From: Heptranchias perlo
Lineage: Eukaryota
Direction: 5' to 3'
DNA: 64,000 nt
Assembly: GCF_035084215.1 (NCBI RefSeq)
Contig: NC_090327.1
Span: 106,454,001-106,518,000 of the forward strand
In this document: piece after piece, positions 1 through 12,927 of the stretch
How the letters are laid out: each line of letters starts with the position of its first letter
How positions within the stretch are numbered: the stretch's first letter is position 1
Translations under genes and position numbers: made by a program
Notes under the pieces: model-generated
What the model saw: the letters and a program-made list of their open reading frames with translations, nothing else
What the model was told of the DNA's origin: nothing
The model's database searches: none

Positions 1-153
1 TGGAAAATTCAAATCAAACAGGTACCTCCCCAGGTAGCACTGTTTTGTCATATGAGCCACATGCTCATAGAATTGACAGTGATACAGCAGAGCCTGGAGA
101 GCAGGCAGCCCAACCAGTGATAAGCCAGATTCCTCATCATGAACACATGGGCT
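1..153 (-). CDS. RTTN: Rotatin exon (partial, runs off window start): [51 protein letters not shown]
   Basis: Acceptor tgtag at 154-158, phase 0; matches recalled human [35 protein letters not shown]. Confidence 0.93.
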
Positions 154-927
154 CTACAGAAAGGAAAGACATTCAGGCAAGTGTGAAACCAAAACCATAA
201 ATTCACAAAATCCAAAACACAATGAAATTGACTTTCCTTACTTTATCTGATTTATTAAACATATTATGCCTGTTACCTCCTTTGGGGATCCCCACTCAAG
301 TGCACCATATATATTGGTTATATTTGTTGAATTATCACAGATTTTATTTTGGTTTAAAAACTGCAGGAATCAGCATGAAAAGCTGGATTATTCACTTTTA
401 GGGGTAGTCATTATTCAAATTGAAGTTTACTCTATGATAGACAATTCATCAACCTAACTAGGACAATCAGATTCCTATCCCTTTATGATCATAAAAGGGA
501 ACCAACTGTGCTTTTCGCTCTTTTCACAGTTTAAGAATACCTTTTGACTGCTAGATACATAAATGTGGTTGCTAAGCAAGAAAATCTATATATTTGATAA
601 AATAATGAGTTCAATAATTACCTCTCTATTTTATATATTGAAATTGCTGGGTGAGTCACAACATCCCATGCACTGCCTGTTATACATTTAGGTGATGCTG
701 TGTTAGGTAAGTGCAATGAAAAATCATGTTACTTTTCACACCAACACTCAACTTGCAATTCCGTCCATGCTTATCCAATATGCCTGCAATCCATCACTCC
801 TCCCCTTCCATGCCTGGGTGCAATTATCTTGCCACACTCCCACCCTGTTTGACCTGAATACTGCATTTAGTCTTGACTGCCCTTGTACAACATTACAGGA
901 GATTGACTACTGATAAACCAAATTTAC

Positions 928-2660
928 AACATAAGAAATAGGAGCAGGAGTAGGCCATACGGCCCCTCGAGCCTGCTCTGCCATTCAATAAGATCATGGC
1001 TGATCTTCTACCTCATCTCCACTTTCCCACCCTATCCCCATATTCCACGATTGCCTTAGTGTCCAAAAATCTATCGATCTCAGTTTTGAATATACTCAAT
1101 GATTGAGCATTCACAGCCCTCTGGGGTAGAGAATTCCAAAGATTCACAAGCATCTGAGTGAAGAAATGTTTCCTCATCTCACTCCTAAATGGCTGACCAG
1201 TTATCCTGAGACTATGACCCCTAGTTCTAGACTCTTCAACCAGGGGAAACATCCTCTCAGCATCTATCCCGTCAAGCCCTCTAAGAATTTTATACCCATC
1301 AATGAGATCATCTCTCATTCTTCTAAACTCCTTATGCTTATACTCCAACCCCCTTACAACAATGGCCAACATACCATTTGTCTTCCTAATTGCTTGCTGT
1401 ACCTGCATGTTAATTTTCTGTGTTTCGTGTACAAGGACACCAAATCCCTCCTAATACCAACGTTTACGAGTCTCTCACCTTTTAAAAAATATTCTGCTTT
1501 TCTAGTCTTCCTACCAAAGTGGATAACTTCACATTTCCCCACATTATACTCCATCTGCCACCTTCTTGCCCAATCACTTAACCTGCCTATATCCCTTTGC
1601 AGTCTCTTTGCGTCCTCCTCACAGCTTACTTTCCCACTTAGCTTTGTATAGTCAGCAAACCTGGATACATTACACTCGGTCCCCTCATATAAGTCATTGA
1701 TGCAGATTGTAAATAACTGAGGCCCAAGCACCGATCCTTGCGGCACCCCACTAGTTACAACCTGCGATCCCGAAATTGACCCGTTAATTCCTACTCTGTT
1801 TTCTGTCAGTCATCCAATCCTCAATCCATGCTAATGTATTACCCCCAATCCCATGAGCCCTAATCTTGTGTAACAACCTCTTGTGTGGCAGCTTATCGAA
1901 TGCCTTTTGAAAATCCAAATATACTATATCCACTGGTTCCCCCTTATCTACCCTGCTAGTTACACCCTCAAAAAACTCTAATAGATTTGTCAAACACGAT
2001 TTCCCTTTCATAAAACCATGTTGACTCTGCCTAATCATATGATGATTTTCTAAGTGAGCTATTACCACGTCCCTAATAATAGATTCTAGCATTTTCCCTA
2101 CTACTGATGTCAGGCTAACTGCCCTATAATTTCTTGTATCCTCTCTCCCTCCTTTCTTGAATGGGGTTCTACATTTGCTACCTTCCAATTTTCAGGGACT
2201 GTTCTCGAATCCAGGGAATTCTGGAAGATCAAAACCAGTGCATCCACTATCTCTGAAGCCACCTCTTTTAGAACCTTAGGATGTAGGTCATCAAATCCAG
2301 GGGATTTGTCAGCTTTAAGTCCCATTAATTTCTCCAGTACTTTTTCTTTACTAATATTAATTACTTTAAGTTCCTCACTCTCATTAGGCCCTAGGTTCTC
2401 CACTATTTCCGGTATGTTTTTTGTTTCTCCTACTGTGAAGACAGATACAAAATATTTGTTTAACATCTCTGCCATTTCCTTATTCCCCATTATAATTTCT
2501 CCTGTCTCTGCCTCTAAGGGACTCACATTTACTTGCGCTAATCTCTTCCTTTTTACATACTTGTAGAAGCTCTTACAAACTGTTTTCATATTTCTCGCTC
2601 ATTCTATTTTCTCCCTCTATCAAATTTTTGGTCATCCTTTGCTGATTTCTAAAACTCTCC
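928..2660 (-). mobile_element. CR1 LINE, 5'-truncated, frameshifted RT
   Basis: ORF fragments NYRAVSLTSVVGKMLE, QHGFMKGKSCLTNL, YLDFQKAFDK, PQGSVLGP, FADYTKL; CR1-type 3' tail near 928. Confidence 0.92.
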
Positions 2661-3309
2661 TTCTCAGTCCTTCCTCTGTTTATTTCTCAATCCTTTAATC
2701 TCATTGGTTATGGAGATAGACTATTTGTCCCGCTGTTCACCTGATGTCCTCGCTGTGCAGCTAACAGCTCACACTTCCAGCAACTTTTGAGGGCAAAAAA
2801 TTTTAAAACCTAAACGTGCAATTGTAAGTTTAACTAATGGGGCATGTCGTGAGATGCTCCACTCCAGCAAAATCTGGCCCATTAAGTTTACCTACATAAC
2901 AGCCACTTCAAAAAGTAATCTGTTGTAAGTGAAGCGATAAGACACTATATAAATACAAGTCCTAATTATATTATATTGGTTCACAGCACTAATACATCAC
3001 AAAACAAGACAGTTTTCAGATCCAAGATTTGCCACAAAATATATGCAAAGGTTCCACAGCTTATATAGATAGTGCTTAAACAGATTACATAACCTTACTT
3101 GGGATTATTTGGAATAGCTCGTAAAAAAAAGTACTGACATATATAGACTGCTCCTGCTTATAGGCTGCACCCCAATATTCAGCCATCCTTCCAGAAAAAA
3201 AAGTAACCCACAAATAGGCTGCATCCACATATTAAGCTATTCTTTTGACTTTTAAAAAAATGCACCCGACATACAAGTTAATACAGTAAATTCTTTAGAC
3301 TTTCCTTAC

Positions 3310-3387
3310 CTGCCAGACATAATCCTTGGCTTCCTCCATTGTGGCTGGCATACGAATCATCAGTAAATTCTGTAGTATGGATGCTGC
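3310..3387 (-). CDS. RTTN: Rotatin exon AASILQNLLMIRMPATMEEAKDYVWQ
   Basis: ttcag acceptor, gtaagg donor, 78 nt, phase 0/0; similar to RTTN AAFILQNLLVIPMP..KDYTWQ. Confidence 0.93.
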
Positions 3388-3949
3388 CTGAAAGAAACCA
3401 CGCCACTGCCATCTTTCTATACTAGTTAGTGTAAGCAGTATAGCAGCATCATATGAAACCACAGAGATTTTTACAAATACAGTAAAAAAAGATTATCTAG
3501 CATGTAGGGCCTCCTTCATTCTTTGAATGAAGACAAACCCCAACTCATCACTGGGGTTGCACCAGGCAACATATTCTTGGATTACATTCTGGGAAACCAG
3601 GAAGGTAGACATCCTCTTAATATGATGTTAGCAAGATGCCTACTCACATGGTAATACAGCTCTGCGCAACACAAAGCCTCTGTGCATGAGTGAGAGTAAC
3701 ATTTCTTTTTGACCTATATTACAACAGGCCTGGAGGAATAGTTAGATTGGAGCATAGTGGGTCAAGGATACCTTCTATCAAAGAATGAAGATGATCCTAC
3801 AAGATAAGCAATTGTTCTATCTTCTTCATTCAGCATCCTTTACCCAGACTAGTCGTCCTTAAGTTGAGGAGAATGAAGGGACCTTGTTGGCAGAGACCCC
3901 AGACATCAGGATAGATCAGCAAATGGCAACATTCCTGACTGCTAATTCC

Positions 3950-4830
3950 AAGCATATTTTGTAAAAATATGGGGGTTACTCTACGTTGCAGCTTTACAGG
4001 CATTGTCATTAGACAAGTGTTACAAAGATGCCCAAGAAACAATCAAACAGGTAGAGTGACTTCTTACAGAGGCATTAGGTTTCCTGCTGGAGAGGTGGTA
4101 GCAGTGAAGATTGCACTACGCTATTTATTTTGCAAGTCAGTTTAGAAACTGGTCCTCCTAGGATCTTGGGATCATAGGTAAGAAATAGCTGCTGTGTCTA
4201 GCTGAGGAACTTGATGCAATCAGTATAAAAAGTCAAAGCCCTATTAGCATTGACATAGTGGAAGCAACATTCTACTTCAGATTTATGAAGTGTTGGATTG
4301 AATGAAGGGATCACAATTTCATGCGCTAAGGAGTTTGTAAGATGGATATATCAAATTGTGTGTCAATCAGGTGGAGGTTCCAGTTCGGACTAGTGGAGGC
4401 CTGTCGAGATTCAGTTTCCAGGTGGCCTTCATGACTCGAGAAACGAAAGTGTATATTCCTAATGAACCAGATGAGAGGTTCGAATTGCAGAAATATACAC
4501 ATGAATGGAGCTGGGTTTCATTTTCAGGACAAAAATATGTTACATGGATTCCAGGACAGAGTCACTACATAGGAGAGGGAATTAAAAGATTTAATTGAAC
4601 ACTACTGAATCAATGTCTTCCATTTGGTATCCTAAACCAGTCAGGAATGGCATCTTGGTACCAGCTAATGCCAGTGTTCTCTTGCTAGTGGACCTGTCAG
4701 AAGGTGGTGCCAGGGACTCATCCCAATAGTGTAGTCCAGGAAAATAGGGCTAGATTAGCAAATAGTCTTAGCCAACCTGATTAGTCATCCTGATTTGCAC
4801 CACCGTGGCGTGAACTGGAGCATGTTGGTC
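3950..4830 (-). mobile_element. Decayed DIRS1-like retroelement, tyrosine recombinase region
   Basis: Manual minus-strand translation across stops and frameshifts: DTKWK, KPSSIHVYISAI, VSRVMKATWKLN, IVIPSF, RALTFY, QLFLTY, VRSHST, CKAAT*SNPHIFTKY; collinear with DIRS1 YR consensus motifs. Confidence 0.8.
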
Positions 4831-5099
4831 ATTACCATTAAGTGACTCGAGCAGAGTTCAAGTCCTCTGCAGGGCTGGTATTATTAACATCAGGCTGACT
4901 CCTTTGATGAAGTGTTAATGCTATTTTTAGAAATTTAAAAAGCATAACTGTGAAAAATGTTAAGATTTAATATGAATAATTATCAGCAAGTGAAAATATT
5001 TGAGTTTTTTTTGTATTTTAAATGCAAATCAAAACCTCAGATCTTCAAATCAACATTTTTTTTTAAACAAAAAAATAAACACAACACTCTTTCTATACA

Positions 5100-5910
5100 C
5101 TTCCTGGAAGGACTCTCTTCCATTTTCCCAGTTTTTCCGTCTCAGTCTCATCTGCTCTGCCGATGCCACCTTATACACTAATGCTTCCGATATGTCTTCC
5201 TTTTTCCTCAACCGAGGATTCCCCTCCACTCTGGTTGACAGGGCCCTCGACTGTGTCCACCCTAGTTCCCGCACTTTTGGATCCCCCTCCCTCACAGAAC
5301 CACGATAGGGTCACCCTTGTCCTCACCTTTCACCCCTCTGGCCTCCACATTCAACGGATCACCCTCCAATATCTCCAGCGCAATGTCACCACCAAGTACA
5401 TTTTCCCCTCCCTTCCTTCCTCTTTCAGCATTCTGAAGTGACTGTTCCCTTTGCAACACCCCTGGTCCATCACCCCTAACACGTGCTCCCCTTCCCTTGG
5501 CACCTTCCCACGCAAGCGCAGGAGATGCAACACCTGCCTTTTCACCTCCTCCCTTCCCACCGTCCAGGGCCCGAAACACTCCTTCCAGGTGAAACAGCAG
5601 TTTACTTGTACTTAATCCAACTAAGTATAATATATTCGCTGTTCACAATGCGGTCTCCTACAAATTGGGGAGACCAAACGCAGATTGGGCGATCGCTTTG
5701 TTGCACACCTCTGTTTAGTCTGCAAGCGTGACCCTGATCTTCTGGTTGCTTGCCACTTTAATTCTCCACCCCACTCCCACTTTGACCTCTCGGTCCTCTG
5801 CCTCCTACGCTGTTCCAATGAAGCTCTATGCAAGCTCGAGGAACAGCACCTCATCTTTCGATTAGGCACTTTATAGTGTTCCGGCTTCAACATTAAGTTC
5901 AACAACTTCA
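5100..5910 (+). mobile_element. Penelope-like element fragment (family 2; RT C-terminus and GIY-YIG region)
   Basis: FFLNRGFPSTLVDRAL, LVLTFHP, CNTC..QGPK..FQVKQQFTC, GDRFVAHL, VACHFN, LEEQHLIFRLGTL. Confidence 0.8.
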
Positions 5911-6591
5911 GATCATACCACTGCTCCCATTTTCTGTTTATTCAAAGGCCTGTTTGCCTAGGAGTACATACTGCAGTCTTTCCTCAATATACTTAATTCC
6001 GTTTTCAAGTTCAGTTTCAGTTGAGTCTAAATTGACAGATAGTTACTTAACCACAGTGCAGTATTCAGGAATATTACCTCATCATTTACAAACATCAAAC
6101 AAGGAAGTCAAGAAATAGTGTTTCTTTCACAAGTGTTGCAGATTATCACATTTATTAATATGCAAGATTTGTGAAGATATTTTAAATTCTTTTGGCTTGA
6201 TTTAGTCCTGTTTATTTTCTATTATTTGTACCATCTGTATCATGTTGCGTCTCTCTGCTTCTGTGTAATTATCTTACTTGTAAATAACTCTGGCCATCAG
6301 TGTACCCCGAACATATTGGCCTGACAATGTAGTATTTACCATCTTTCAAAATAGGCAAGAGGACATGGTTAACATCCTATGTGGTTTCTGGTGTCCTATA
6401 TCATAATTAGAGTAATTGTTAGTCCTGTGGTATGCCATCCCTTTCATGGCATGTATAAAGTTACAGATTTTGATTCATAGGAGACTGTCTAATTATGGAA
6501 ACTGCCTTGTTGCTATGAACACATTAAAAGTGTTGGGAGGAAGCTGAATCATAGCACGGGTATCTAAACATTATTTAGAAGCATTACTCAC

Positions 6592-6750
6592 CTCTTTGCG
6601 AACCATGCTGCACTCAGATTGATCCAGAAGGATATTTAGCACTGTGCCCCATAATCCTCCAGAAATGTTTTGACAGCTGGCTGCCAATGCAATGCAGCCA
6701 TTTTCAACCAGTGTAAGTGCTGATCCAATACCCAAGCTGCCAAAACGGAC
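6592..6750 (-). CDS. RTTN: Rotatin exon [53 protein letters not shown]
   Basis: AG/GT boundaries, 159 nt; near-identical to [33 protein letters not shown]. Confidence 0.96.
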
Positions 6751-7607
6751 CTAAGACAATTTGAACAGAAACTAGTACATATTTTTGACACTGAAAGAAA
6801 TTATTACAATTAATTTTGGTCTTATCACTGGCATAACACACACATTTTATATTTCAAATGTAGAACCACACTTCCTGAATGACATGATTCGAAAAAAATA
6901 TTTAGATTTGTGCCTTTTTTTGCATTAACGTTAGAATATGAACAAAATGTGCATGAAGCAAAGGAATATAACATGTTTTATACAGTTAAAAAGATCAGGC
7001 TAATAAATAATACTAGGCTAAAACAGGAAGCTTCTCAGGAAGCAATAATAGTGAAGAGATTACCAACTTAATATATTTCAGTAGTAGCACACGTGGACAT
7101 ATGGTGGTAAAGTGACTACTCAAGTGTCTAAATGCATGAAGTGAAATGCACCTTCTTATAAATTTGATTGATAGTATATTTTTTGTTAATTAGTACTAGG
7201 AACTGTGAATAGTATAATCTATTTATTAGCCATGGTGCTTACCACAGATGAAAATTGCTCTCGAGAGCGTAGGGTGCAATTTTACCTTTAAGAACCTGGA
7301 GCTGGTACTGTGACTTGAACACGATGCTGCTCTTAAAATAATAAAGTGCTTTCACTTGCCTTAAAGGATATGGACTATTATTCAAATCTAGCCAGTGTTG
7401 AGAAGTATGGGAAGACCCAGAGAAACTCTGCATTGGGAAGTGCTGTATAAATTCAGCTCCTGTGGGAGCTACTGAAAAGGTTAATGCTGTGAAACTATGC
7501 AGAATTAGCAAAAAAAGAAGAGAATCAGAGAGCAGGTCAAGAGCACTGACCCAGCATTACACAAAAATGGATTACTATTAAAACCATAAGCAGCAAAACC
7601 TATATAC

Positions 7608-7718
7608 CTCAGGGTCTCGGTCAACCCAGAGAGGAATGAGCCATGCTAGGCCCAGTCGTGATGGCATCTGATCCTCATTGTTATGCTCGTACGCCAAAGA
7701 CCACAGGGATATCCAATC
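7608..7718 (-). CDS. RTTN: Rotatin exon [37 protein letters not shown]
   Basis: ttttag acceptor, gtatat donor, 111 nt; [15 protein letters not shown] motif of RTTN. Confidence 0.96.
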
Positions 7719-8469
7719 CTAAAACAGGATTAAAAGAAAATGAATGAAACTACCCTGGTATTTGATGTTCAAGACAAACTTTCACCTGGTTTCTATAACC
7801 TCAAATATGGTGGTGCAACCTATTTATATATGTCACTTATATAAAAAAAATACACATAACAGTGCTGCTTTACAAAAAAAATCACTTGATAATATTAGCA
7901 GACTGGTACAAATTTCGGGTGTGCACTAGATATTCTCTCAGATTCGACAGGAACGGTCTCTCCTATAGGTGGACCTACAATCAGGAGTTTACCTTTAATG
8001 CCAATGTAATCCCTTGTCGTGCGCACTGGATTCTGTACTACTGCACGTGTTCCTACTATCTTCCAGAAGGCATGCTGGTCAGCTCTCTAGTGAGGAAAAG
8101 CTAACTATAAACCAATAAGTTGATTTATTTTACATGTAACATGTGAACGAACAGAATAACATTTACTATGATTTTGAATCCATTTCATAATGCTCCTCAG
8201 ACATAGGAAATAACAAAGTATACCCGTTAACAGGCCGCTCTCACTTAACTGACTAGCAAATCTCAAAGTAGTCAGCCCTAATCTTTTAAAGGGAGTTCTT
8301 AGCCACTGTGTCTAACTTCCATTCCAGATTACTGCAGACTGTCTGTCCTTTCTGAGCTGGACAGGAAGCCAAAGGCTTGACCTTTGGCTGTCTTCCAGCT
8401 CTCCATGTCCAGAGATTGGCCAGTTGAGCCAACAATCAAACCGGTTACTACTATCCTACGTTTGGGCTT

Positions 8470-8547
8470 TGCTGACAGCTATCCTTGCTGGGCTCTGCTG
8501 ACAGCTATCCTTGCTGGGCTCTGCTGACAGCTATCCTTGCTGGGCTC
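8470..8547. repeat. Tandem repeat, 3 x 26 nt (tgctgacagctatccttgctgggctc)
   Basis: Three identical direct copies read from the sequence. Confidence 0.95.
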
Positions 8548-8902
8548 ACATGAATGAAGTTATTCCAACATATTACATATGGCGTTTACTGGAACATCTT
8601 TTGAATCTTCACTCTCTCAAGATCATGCGATGTGCCGGAAAAACTTCCCAAGCCAGTTCATCTAGATTTAATTTGCAATCCCAAAAGCTCATGTATTCAA
8701 GTGGCTTTAAGCCTGGTGCTGAATTTTATTTAATGGCAATAACTTGATTTAAACTTTGTAATGTAGGACGGATTTTGGGAAATGAAAAATCCCGAACATC
8801 ATACGGACGAACACTGAACACGACCTTCCTCTGTGTGCTATTTTAATGGAAATGTTAATCGTTGGATGGGTTGGTGTATGAAAATATTAGATATAAAAAA
8901 AG

Positions 8903-9134
8903 TCTCAGGATGTCCCAAAGCACTTTACAACCAATGAGGTACTTTTTGAAGTGTAATCACTGTTGTAACATAGGAAACACAGCAGCCAATTTGTGCACAG
9001 CAAAGTCCCTCTATTAGCAATGAGATAATAACCAGATGGTCTATTTGTTTTTAAGGTGTTGATTGAGGAATAAATATTGGCCAGGACAACAGGGAGAACT
9101 CCCAAGCTCTTCTTCGAAATACTGCCATGGGATA
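8903..9134 (-). mobile_element. Deu-domain SINE fragment (SacSINE1/AmnSINE1-like)
   Basis: Reverse complement is homologous to 38204-38420 (ccaatatttat..aaattggctgc..ggacatcctgag). Confidence 0.7.
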
Positions 9135-9179
9135 TTTAGATTTCCAGCATCCGCAGTAATTTGCTTTTGATTTGCCTTA

Positions 9180-9790
9180 GTCTGTCTCTTGCCTGGAAGA
9201 GGGCTGGAATGTTTGACTGGCGCAAAATGAAAGCATCATGACAACTGCCAGGGGATCTGGTACACACCTGCAGAAATCTCTTCTTGTGGTCATACACCAG
9301 CTGTGCATTGATGGAGTGAAATCTCTTGCAGTTAATGAACACTGCTGGTTCATGTGGTGGTCCTCGGATTGCCGGGTGTGTGCAATTGATTGCGCCCTCC
9401 ACTTGTGGGAAGCCAGCCAGAGAGGAAAAACCCAGTGCTCATTCTAGATGTTGTTGTCGCAGGGGAAGTTCACATAATTGGACGCCCTGGCAAACAACCC
9501 ATCCATCACCTGCGTTATTCACTTGCGGCTGATGATTGAGAGGCCCTGCAGATGTCATCGGTGGAGCCCTGGAAGGAACCAGGGCAAAGGAATTCAGGGC
9601 TGTGGTTACTTTAACTGCTATAGGCAATGTGTGGCCACAGGGTCCAGCCGGGAGCCTTCCTGAAGGAGGCTGCAGATGTCTGCGACCGCCTGCCAACTCA
9701 ACCTGAGCCTGCGTAGGCACTGCTCCTCAGAGAGGTCCAGGAAACTCAGCCTCTGCCTGTACACCCTCTCACATGGGTAGTGTCTACACT
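9180..9790 (-). mobile_element. PIF/Harbinger transposase fragment (HARBI1-like, DDE_Tnp_4)
   Basis: GAINCTH..FINCKRFHSINAQLVYDH..PGSCHDAFILRQS, plus upstream LPIAVKVTTALNSFA HTH-like segment; frameshifted. Confidence 0.85.
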
Positions 9791-9949
9791 TGCCCTATTG
9801 ACCACAGGTTTCAATTACATAATTCCACGTGGAACAGTACATAGTGTTCCTCATAGAAAGTCCCAGCAGTTCAATTTATTAACCATCCGTGTTACGCTAT
9901 CTTGATTATTCCTCCTTGTCCTCTTCAACCTCTACATGGTATCGGACAC

Positions 9950-10895
9950 TGTTGACCACGCCTTTCTCCTTCATCACTTTTCCCATATTGTCCAGCTCCA
10001 TTGGATTATTCCGGTGTAGTTCCGCCTGCTCCAATGCAGCCAATGCATTTCCAGCAATGCCTTCTCTTTCTAGCATTGCAGTCAACTCTAGAGCTCCCCA
10101 AAGATTTATCCTCAACTCCCCTCCTCTTCATGCCTCTCGGGGACATCATCTACACGTACGGGGTCAGCTTCCATAGGAATGCTGATGACACATAGTCTAC
10201 CACATTGGACCCCACAACTACCTCTGTGCTCTTCGACTACCCGTTTTCATTGTCATTGATAAATAAAAATGTCCTTCAACTGAACACTGGACTAAAGCCA
10301 TCACTTTCTGTCCATGCCATAAACTCTGCTTCCTTGCCATTGATTCCATCCTTCTCCCTAATCACTTGCTCGAGTCAAATCGGGCCATGCAAAACTTGTC
10401 GACACACAGTTGAGTTTTAAACCCCTCATCCTCTCCATCAAGATTTCTTACTTCCACAATGCCAGTCTCTACCTCAACTCAGCCCCTCCTCTCCGCCACC
10501 CCCCCTCCTCCGCATTGCTACAGAAACATTTGTTCACTCTCATATCTAGACTTGACCTTCCTCCATAAACTCCAACACATTCAAAACTCAGCTGCCGTAT
10601 CATGTCCTGCATTAAGTTTCTCTGACCCATCATCCACCATCCTTGCCAATCTACTCTGCCTCCCTATTCCCCAACATATTGAATTTTACTCCTTGTCCTC
10701 ATCTTCAAATCACTGTATGGCCTCAACATACCCTACCTTTACAACCTCCTCCAGCCTTACATCCCTTCCCACTCTTTGGTCTTCTGAATCTGGCCTTTGT
10801 GCATTTTCACCCACCTCCTTCACCCCACCAATGGTGGCAGATCCTTCAGCTGCCTTGACTCTATTCTCTGCAACTCCCTCCCTAAATCCCTCATA
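9950..10895 (+). mobile_element. Old L2-like LINE 3' fragment
   Basis: Degraded RT motifs (PQ...P.LF, FH..ADDT, LHKLQHIQNSAA); C/T-rich L2-type tail. Confidence 0.6.
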
Positions 10896-11374
10896 TTTTC
10901 TCACAGGATGTGAGTAATGCTGATGAAGCTTCTCTTGTTGCCCTGTGAGGTTGATGGTGGGCCACCTTTTGCACTTCTGTCGTCCTTGTGGTGATGGTGC
11001 TTCCCCCAATGGTGTTAGGTAGGGAGTTCTGGGATTTTGATCCATTGATAATGAAGGAGTGACAATATATAACCTCAGTCTGGATGGTGTTGCAACTTTG
11101 AGGGGAAATTGAAAATGATGTTGCTCTCATTATATTACTCCTATTGTTCTTCTCGGTAGTAGAGGTCACAGGACACTGAGATGCCGTAGAAGCAAGATTG
11201 GTGAGTTTGTTAGCATTGCATCCTGTAGATAGTACAGACTGCAGTCACAGCACAATGGTGGTGGAAGGGTGGATATTGAGTTCAGTGATGTGGAGATGCC
11301 GGTGATGGACTGGGGTTGACAAATGTAAGGAATCTTACAACACCAGGTTATAGTCCAACTGTTTTATTTGAAAA

Positions 11375-11411
11375 TCACAAGCTTTCGGAGGCTTTCTCCT
11401 TTGTCAGGTGA
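11375..11411 (-). ncRNA. Minimal hammerhead ribozyme motif, core mutated (CUGACAA)
   Basis: UCAC-CUGACAA-A-GGAG AAAGC CUCC-GAAA-GC-UU-GUGA on the minus strand; G8>A change at a CpG. Confidence 0.65.
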
Positions 11412-12890
11412 GTGAGTGTGGGATTCCATGGAAGGTTACCGCATTCATATTCAGAGAACAATACCTGGTGATTACAGATAATCTTTCCAACTGCCCATTG
11501 TCAAGGCAATCAAAGTGTTCAGACAGAGTGATGTTACCGACAGGACCACCGAATACACATTTTCTTCCTATGGACCCATGGCGAAGAATCACTAAAGAGA
11601 CTACACGATAACATCAACAAGTTCCATCCCACCATCAAGCTCACCATGGACTACTCCTCAGAATCGGTTTCTTTCTTGGACACACGAATCTCCATCAAAG
11701 ACGGGCACCTCAGCACCTCACTCTACCGCAAGCCCACGGACAACCTCACGATGCTCCACTTTTCCAGCTCCCACCCTAACCACGTCAAAGAGGCCATCCC
11801 CTATGGACAGGCCCTGTGAATACACAGGATCTGCTCAGACAAGGAGGAACGCGATGGACACCTACAGACGCTGAAAGATGCCCTCGTAAGAACGGGATAT
11901 GACGCTCGACTCGTCGATCGACAGTTCCGACGGGCCGCAGCGAAAAATCGCATAGACCTCCTCAGAAGACTAACACGGGACGCAACCAACAGAGTACCCT
12001 TCGTCGTCCAGTACTTCCCCGGAGCGGAGAAACTACGCCATGCTCTCCGCAGCCTTCAACATGTCATCGATGACGACGAACTACTCGCTAAGGCCATCCC
12101 CACACCTCCACTACTCGCCTTCAAACAGCCACCCAACCTCAAACAGACCATCGTCCGCAGCAAATTACCCAGCTTTCAGGAGAACAGCGTCCACGACACC
12201 ACACAACCCTGCCACGGCAACCTCTGCAAGACATGCCAGATCATCGACACAGACACCACCATCACACGAGAGGACACCACCCACCAGGTACATGGTTCAT
12301 ACTCCTGTGTCTCGGCCAACGTTGTCTACCTCATATGTTGCAAGAAAGGATGCCCCTGAGCATGGTACATTGGCGAGACCATGCAAGCACTGCGACAACG
12401 GATGAACGGACACCGCGCAACAATCGCCAGACAGGAGGGTTCCCTCCCAGTCGGGGAACACTTCAGCAGTCAAGGACATTCAGCCACTGATCTTCGGGTA
12501 AGCGTTCTCCAAGGCGGCCTTCGAGACACACGACAACGCAAAATCGTCGAACAGAAATTGATAGCCAAGTTCCGCACCCATGAGAACGGCCTCAACCGGG
12601 ATCTTGGGTTCATGTCACGCTACACGTTACCCCACCAGTGAACAAATGTTATCTGTTTTTAACACAACGGGTCATTCGCTGTCTTTCTCTTCCTTTCGGA
12701 TGTTTCTCTCCCTCTCTCTCTCTGTTTTGTGTTCTGGCCGTTTGTGTATTCGGTGGTCCTGTAGGTAACATCACTCTGTCTGAACACTTTGATTGCCTTG
12801 ACAACGGGCAGTTGGAAAGATTATCTATAATCACCAGGTATTGTTCTCTGAATATAAATGCGGTAACCTTCCATGGAATCCCACACTCGC

Positions 12891-12927
12891 TCACCTGACG
12901 AAGGAAAAAGCCTCCGAAAGCTTGTGA
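12891..12927 (+). ncRNA. Minimal hammerhead ribozyme motif in Penelope pLTR
   Basis: UCAC-CUGACGA-A-GGAA AAAGC CUCC-GAAA-GC-UU-GUGA; one stem II mismatch. Confidence 0.75.

Noticed and set aside
3500-3940. DIRS RNase H-like words (VYLPG..NV) downstream of the YR relic
   Set aside because: They need several assumed frameshifts and are out of the expected domain order.
8470-8547. 26-nt direct repeats as a CRISPR-like array
   Set aside because: The copies are head-to-tail with no spacers; this is an ordinary eukaryotic minisatellite.
9136-9720. Domesticated HARBI1 gene
   Set aside because: Frameshifted and truncated, and the catalytic D of GAID reads N; a transposon relic.
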